Shown here: positions 37,338 through 39,386 of the stretch, one piece after another
Layout of the letters: each line of letters begins with the position of its first letter
Numbering within the stretch: position 1 is the stretch's first letter
From: Chiloscyllium plagiosum
Lineage: Eukaryota
DNA length: 39,386 nt
Direction of reading: 5' to 3'
Assembly (NCBI RefSeq): GCF_004010195.1
Contig: NC_057758.1
Span: 3,498,750 to 3,538,135 of the forward strand
Translations under genes and position numbers: made by a program
Notes under the pieces: model-generated
Told to the model about the DNA's origin: nothing
Databases searched by the model: none
What the model saw: only the letters and a program-made list of their open reading frames with translations

Positions 37338-37475
37338 TCAGCAGCAGTGCTGTCTGTGTTGGTGAAGTCCAGCGAGGACTCATAGTGGCAAAGGCATCAG
37401 TTGAAGCAAATGACGCTGAAGAGGAGCGATATTTGTTCCAGTTGCAGTGCCAGAGCAACCCTCGTGCCTGGCCCC
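37338..37475 (-). pseudogene. Beta-defensin-like exon 2
   Basis: ctctttcag| phase 1: LLWHC-NWNKYR-S(TCC)-SSAS-F(TTT)-x12-W(TGG)../QH-CC*. Confidence 0.55.
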
Positions 37476-37504
37476 CTGAAAGAGCAGTAAAGTTGGAGAG
37501 TTTC

Positions 37505-37700
37505 TGTAATCCAAAGATATGCAGGTTAGGTGAATTGACCAGACTAAATTGCCCGTATTAATCAGGGATGTGTAGATAAGTGCATTAGTCATGGGAAATG
37601 TAGTATAATAGGAGAATGAATCTGGACGGTGTACTCTTCAGAAGGTCTGTGTGCACCTTTTGTGCCTACTGGCCTGTTTTCACACAGTAGCGATTCTGTG
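37505..37700 (+). mobile_element. HE1-type SINE 3' half
   Basis: CCAAAGATATGCAGGTTAGGTGAATTG...GGCCTGTTTTCACACAGT. Confidence 0.8.
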
Positions 37701-38065
37701 AATTATCTGATGTTATTTATTCATTTTCTGACATTATATTCTGTGTTTTTACATATGTTTCTTTTGCTTTAAGATGGCACTAGAGAGTGGCGACAGTATA
37801 AAATACGTTTCATGACGTTTAGGAACGAGATATGAGTGACATTAAATATATCAATGAATAATTAAATCAACATCAGACAGCATTCCCACCTCAAAATCCT
37901 CCTGTTATTTTCAAAACAATTCATACTTTCTCACGATCATTTCATTTGAGATGACATTCCAGAAACCACATTGTGATGTTGGTTTAAACAGTATCACCAC
38001 TTCCACATATTCCAATTATTTTGGACAACAACCTTACTAATACATTTCTCTTTATTTTTTATATA

Positions 38066-38198
38066 TTATAGCTTCCAAATGTTTCCTGTTTTTATTGGAC
38101 ACGATTCCCACTTCCACGTGTTCACTGATACGATCAGCAAAATTTGCACTTCCATCTGTCCCTCTCTTTTCAGACAATATTCCCGATTCCACATTCCC
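38066..38198 (-). pseudogene. Degenerate beta-defensin-like exon 2
   Basis: REYC-LKREG./W(TGG)-KCKF-C../ES-C-PIKTGNI-W; AATAAA just downstream. Confidence 0.45.
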
Positions 38199-38276
38199 CT
38201 GTTATTTTGGCTGGAGTTGCCACTTCCACATAATTTTTCTTGTTTAGGCAGTGTCCGCACTTCCACACGTTCTCTG

Positions 38277-38408
38277 TCATTTAAGGCAGCATTCCAAGTT
38301 CCTCATGTTGCTGTTATTTTCTACTGTTTTGGAGAAAGGTTTTCAAGAGGACTCCTGTGCCATGTGTTTAGACATTGACCTTTGTTCGGAGCTCCTTATC
38401 AATTCAGC
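38277..38408 (-). pseudogene. Beta-defensin-like exon 2
   Basis: ctctcccag| N**GAPNKGQ-C-LNT-W(TGG)...; frameshifted end RNLE-CC-LK*. Confidence 0.5.
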
Positions 38409-38495
38409 CTGGGAGAGGTCATTGGGGACAGAGTCCAATGCATTCTGCAGACTCCCTACCTCCTAATATAGTGTAGGATGTTCACACATTTCTCG

Positions 38496-38638
38496 TTAAA
38501 ATAATTGCTTGCAACATTGATATCAGGGATTGCCACATCTCCTCTATTCGTTGTGCCCTTCCAAAGGCATTTGACAGCTGCATCGTAACGGAGTGGACGA
38601 TGAGTGTCATCTTATGCAGCTGCTATTTAACATTTTTC
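38496..38638 (-). pseudogene. Beta-defensin exon 2 with three in-frame stops
   Basis: tcttag| phase 1, one frame: KMLNSSC-IR*HSS-S(TCC)-TPLR-C-SCQMPLEGHNE*RR-C-GNP*YQ-CC-KQLF*. Confidence 0.75.
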
Positions 38639-38792
38639 CTAAGACATACATTAACATTTCAGTACATACTACATGCACAAAACTTGTACTGCAGTTTTGA
38701 AATCGATATGCAACTCTCCCCAACATTTGTTTCTCCTTGCTGTTTCTGAACTTTACTCAAACTGATTGTGTGGAATCTGGGCTGAGGCGACC

Positions 38793-38880
38793 TTAGTGGC
38801 AGATTGAAGCAGGATGTTCGGTGAGGCCAATTTCAATTTTGAGATCATCTCGCTGCCTCTTGTTCGTTGTTCTCAATGGG
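38793..38880 (-). pseudogene. Possible degenerate beta-defensin-like exon 2
   Basis: *(TGA)-EQRTRG-S(AGC)-EMI../KIEIGLTEHPASI-CH*; weak. Confidence 0.3.
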
Positions 38881-38950
38881 AATGGTGAGATTGTCATCAG
38901 GTTACCCCTCACCGTGAAGGAGTGGAAAGGACAATGCTATGCTTTCATCC

Positions 38951-39386
38951 AGGTAAAAACAATGACTGCAGATGCTGGAAACCAGATTCTGGATCAGTGG
39001 TGCTGGAAGAGCACAGCAATTCAGGCAGCATCCGAGGACAGGCAAAATCGACGTTTCGGGCAAAAGCCCTTCATCAGGAATAAAGGCAGAGAGCCTGAAG
39101 CGTGGAGAGATAAGCTAGAGGAGAGTGGGGGTGGGGAGAGAGTGGCATAGAGTACAATAGGTCAGTGGGGAAGGAGATGAAGGTGATAGGTCAGGGAGGA
39201 GAGGGTGGAGTGGATAGGTGGAAAAGAAGCTGGGCAGGTCGGACAAGTCCGGACAGGTCAGGGGACCGAGTTTCTGGAGGTTAGAAGCTAGGATGAGGTG
39301 GGGGAAGGGGAAATGAGGAAACTGTTAAAATCCACATTGATGCCCTGGGGTTGAAGTGTTCCGAGGCAGAAGATGAGGCGTTCTTC
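38951..39386 (+). mobile_element. Young Penelope-like element end running off the window
   Basis: First about 134 bp identical to 2286-2419; continuation resembles the older copy at 8945-9300. Confidence 0.75.

Noticed and set aside
1..39386. CRISPR arrays, rRNA or genuine tRNA genes
   Set aside because: None seen; tRNA-like sequence is limited to SINE heads and the PBS

Overview
Eukaryotic, repeat-rich window. The CR1 LINEs, HE1-type tRNA-derived SINEs and Penelope-like pieces are typical of a shark/cartilaginous fish genome (inference from repeat content). Nearly all listed six-frame ORFs are artefacts of (CA)/(GA)-rich sequence or decayed retroelements. The main signal lies in the unique DNA between the repeats: about 25-30 small minus-strand units that look like beta-defensin genes (hydrophobic signal exon, short intron, then an AG-acceptor exon with C-x6-C-x3/4-C-x8/14-C-x5/7-CC spacing), densest at 23-39 kb with outliers at 7-10 kb and 18 kb. 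One exon (32469-32593) encodes a perfect six-cysteine beta-defensin motif, but its leader is frameshifted by 1 nt. Most other units are pseudogenes whose missing Cys codons are often one substitution from TGY; the most degenerate calls are low confidence individually. A truncated endogenous retrovirus/LTR element (LTR, tRNA-Glu-like PBS, gag, TAG, protease) occupies 10.7-15.1 kb. All translations were done by hand; no searches were run.
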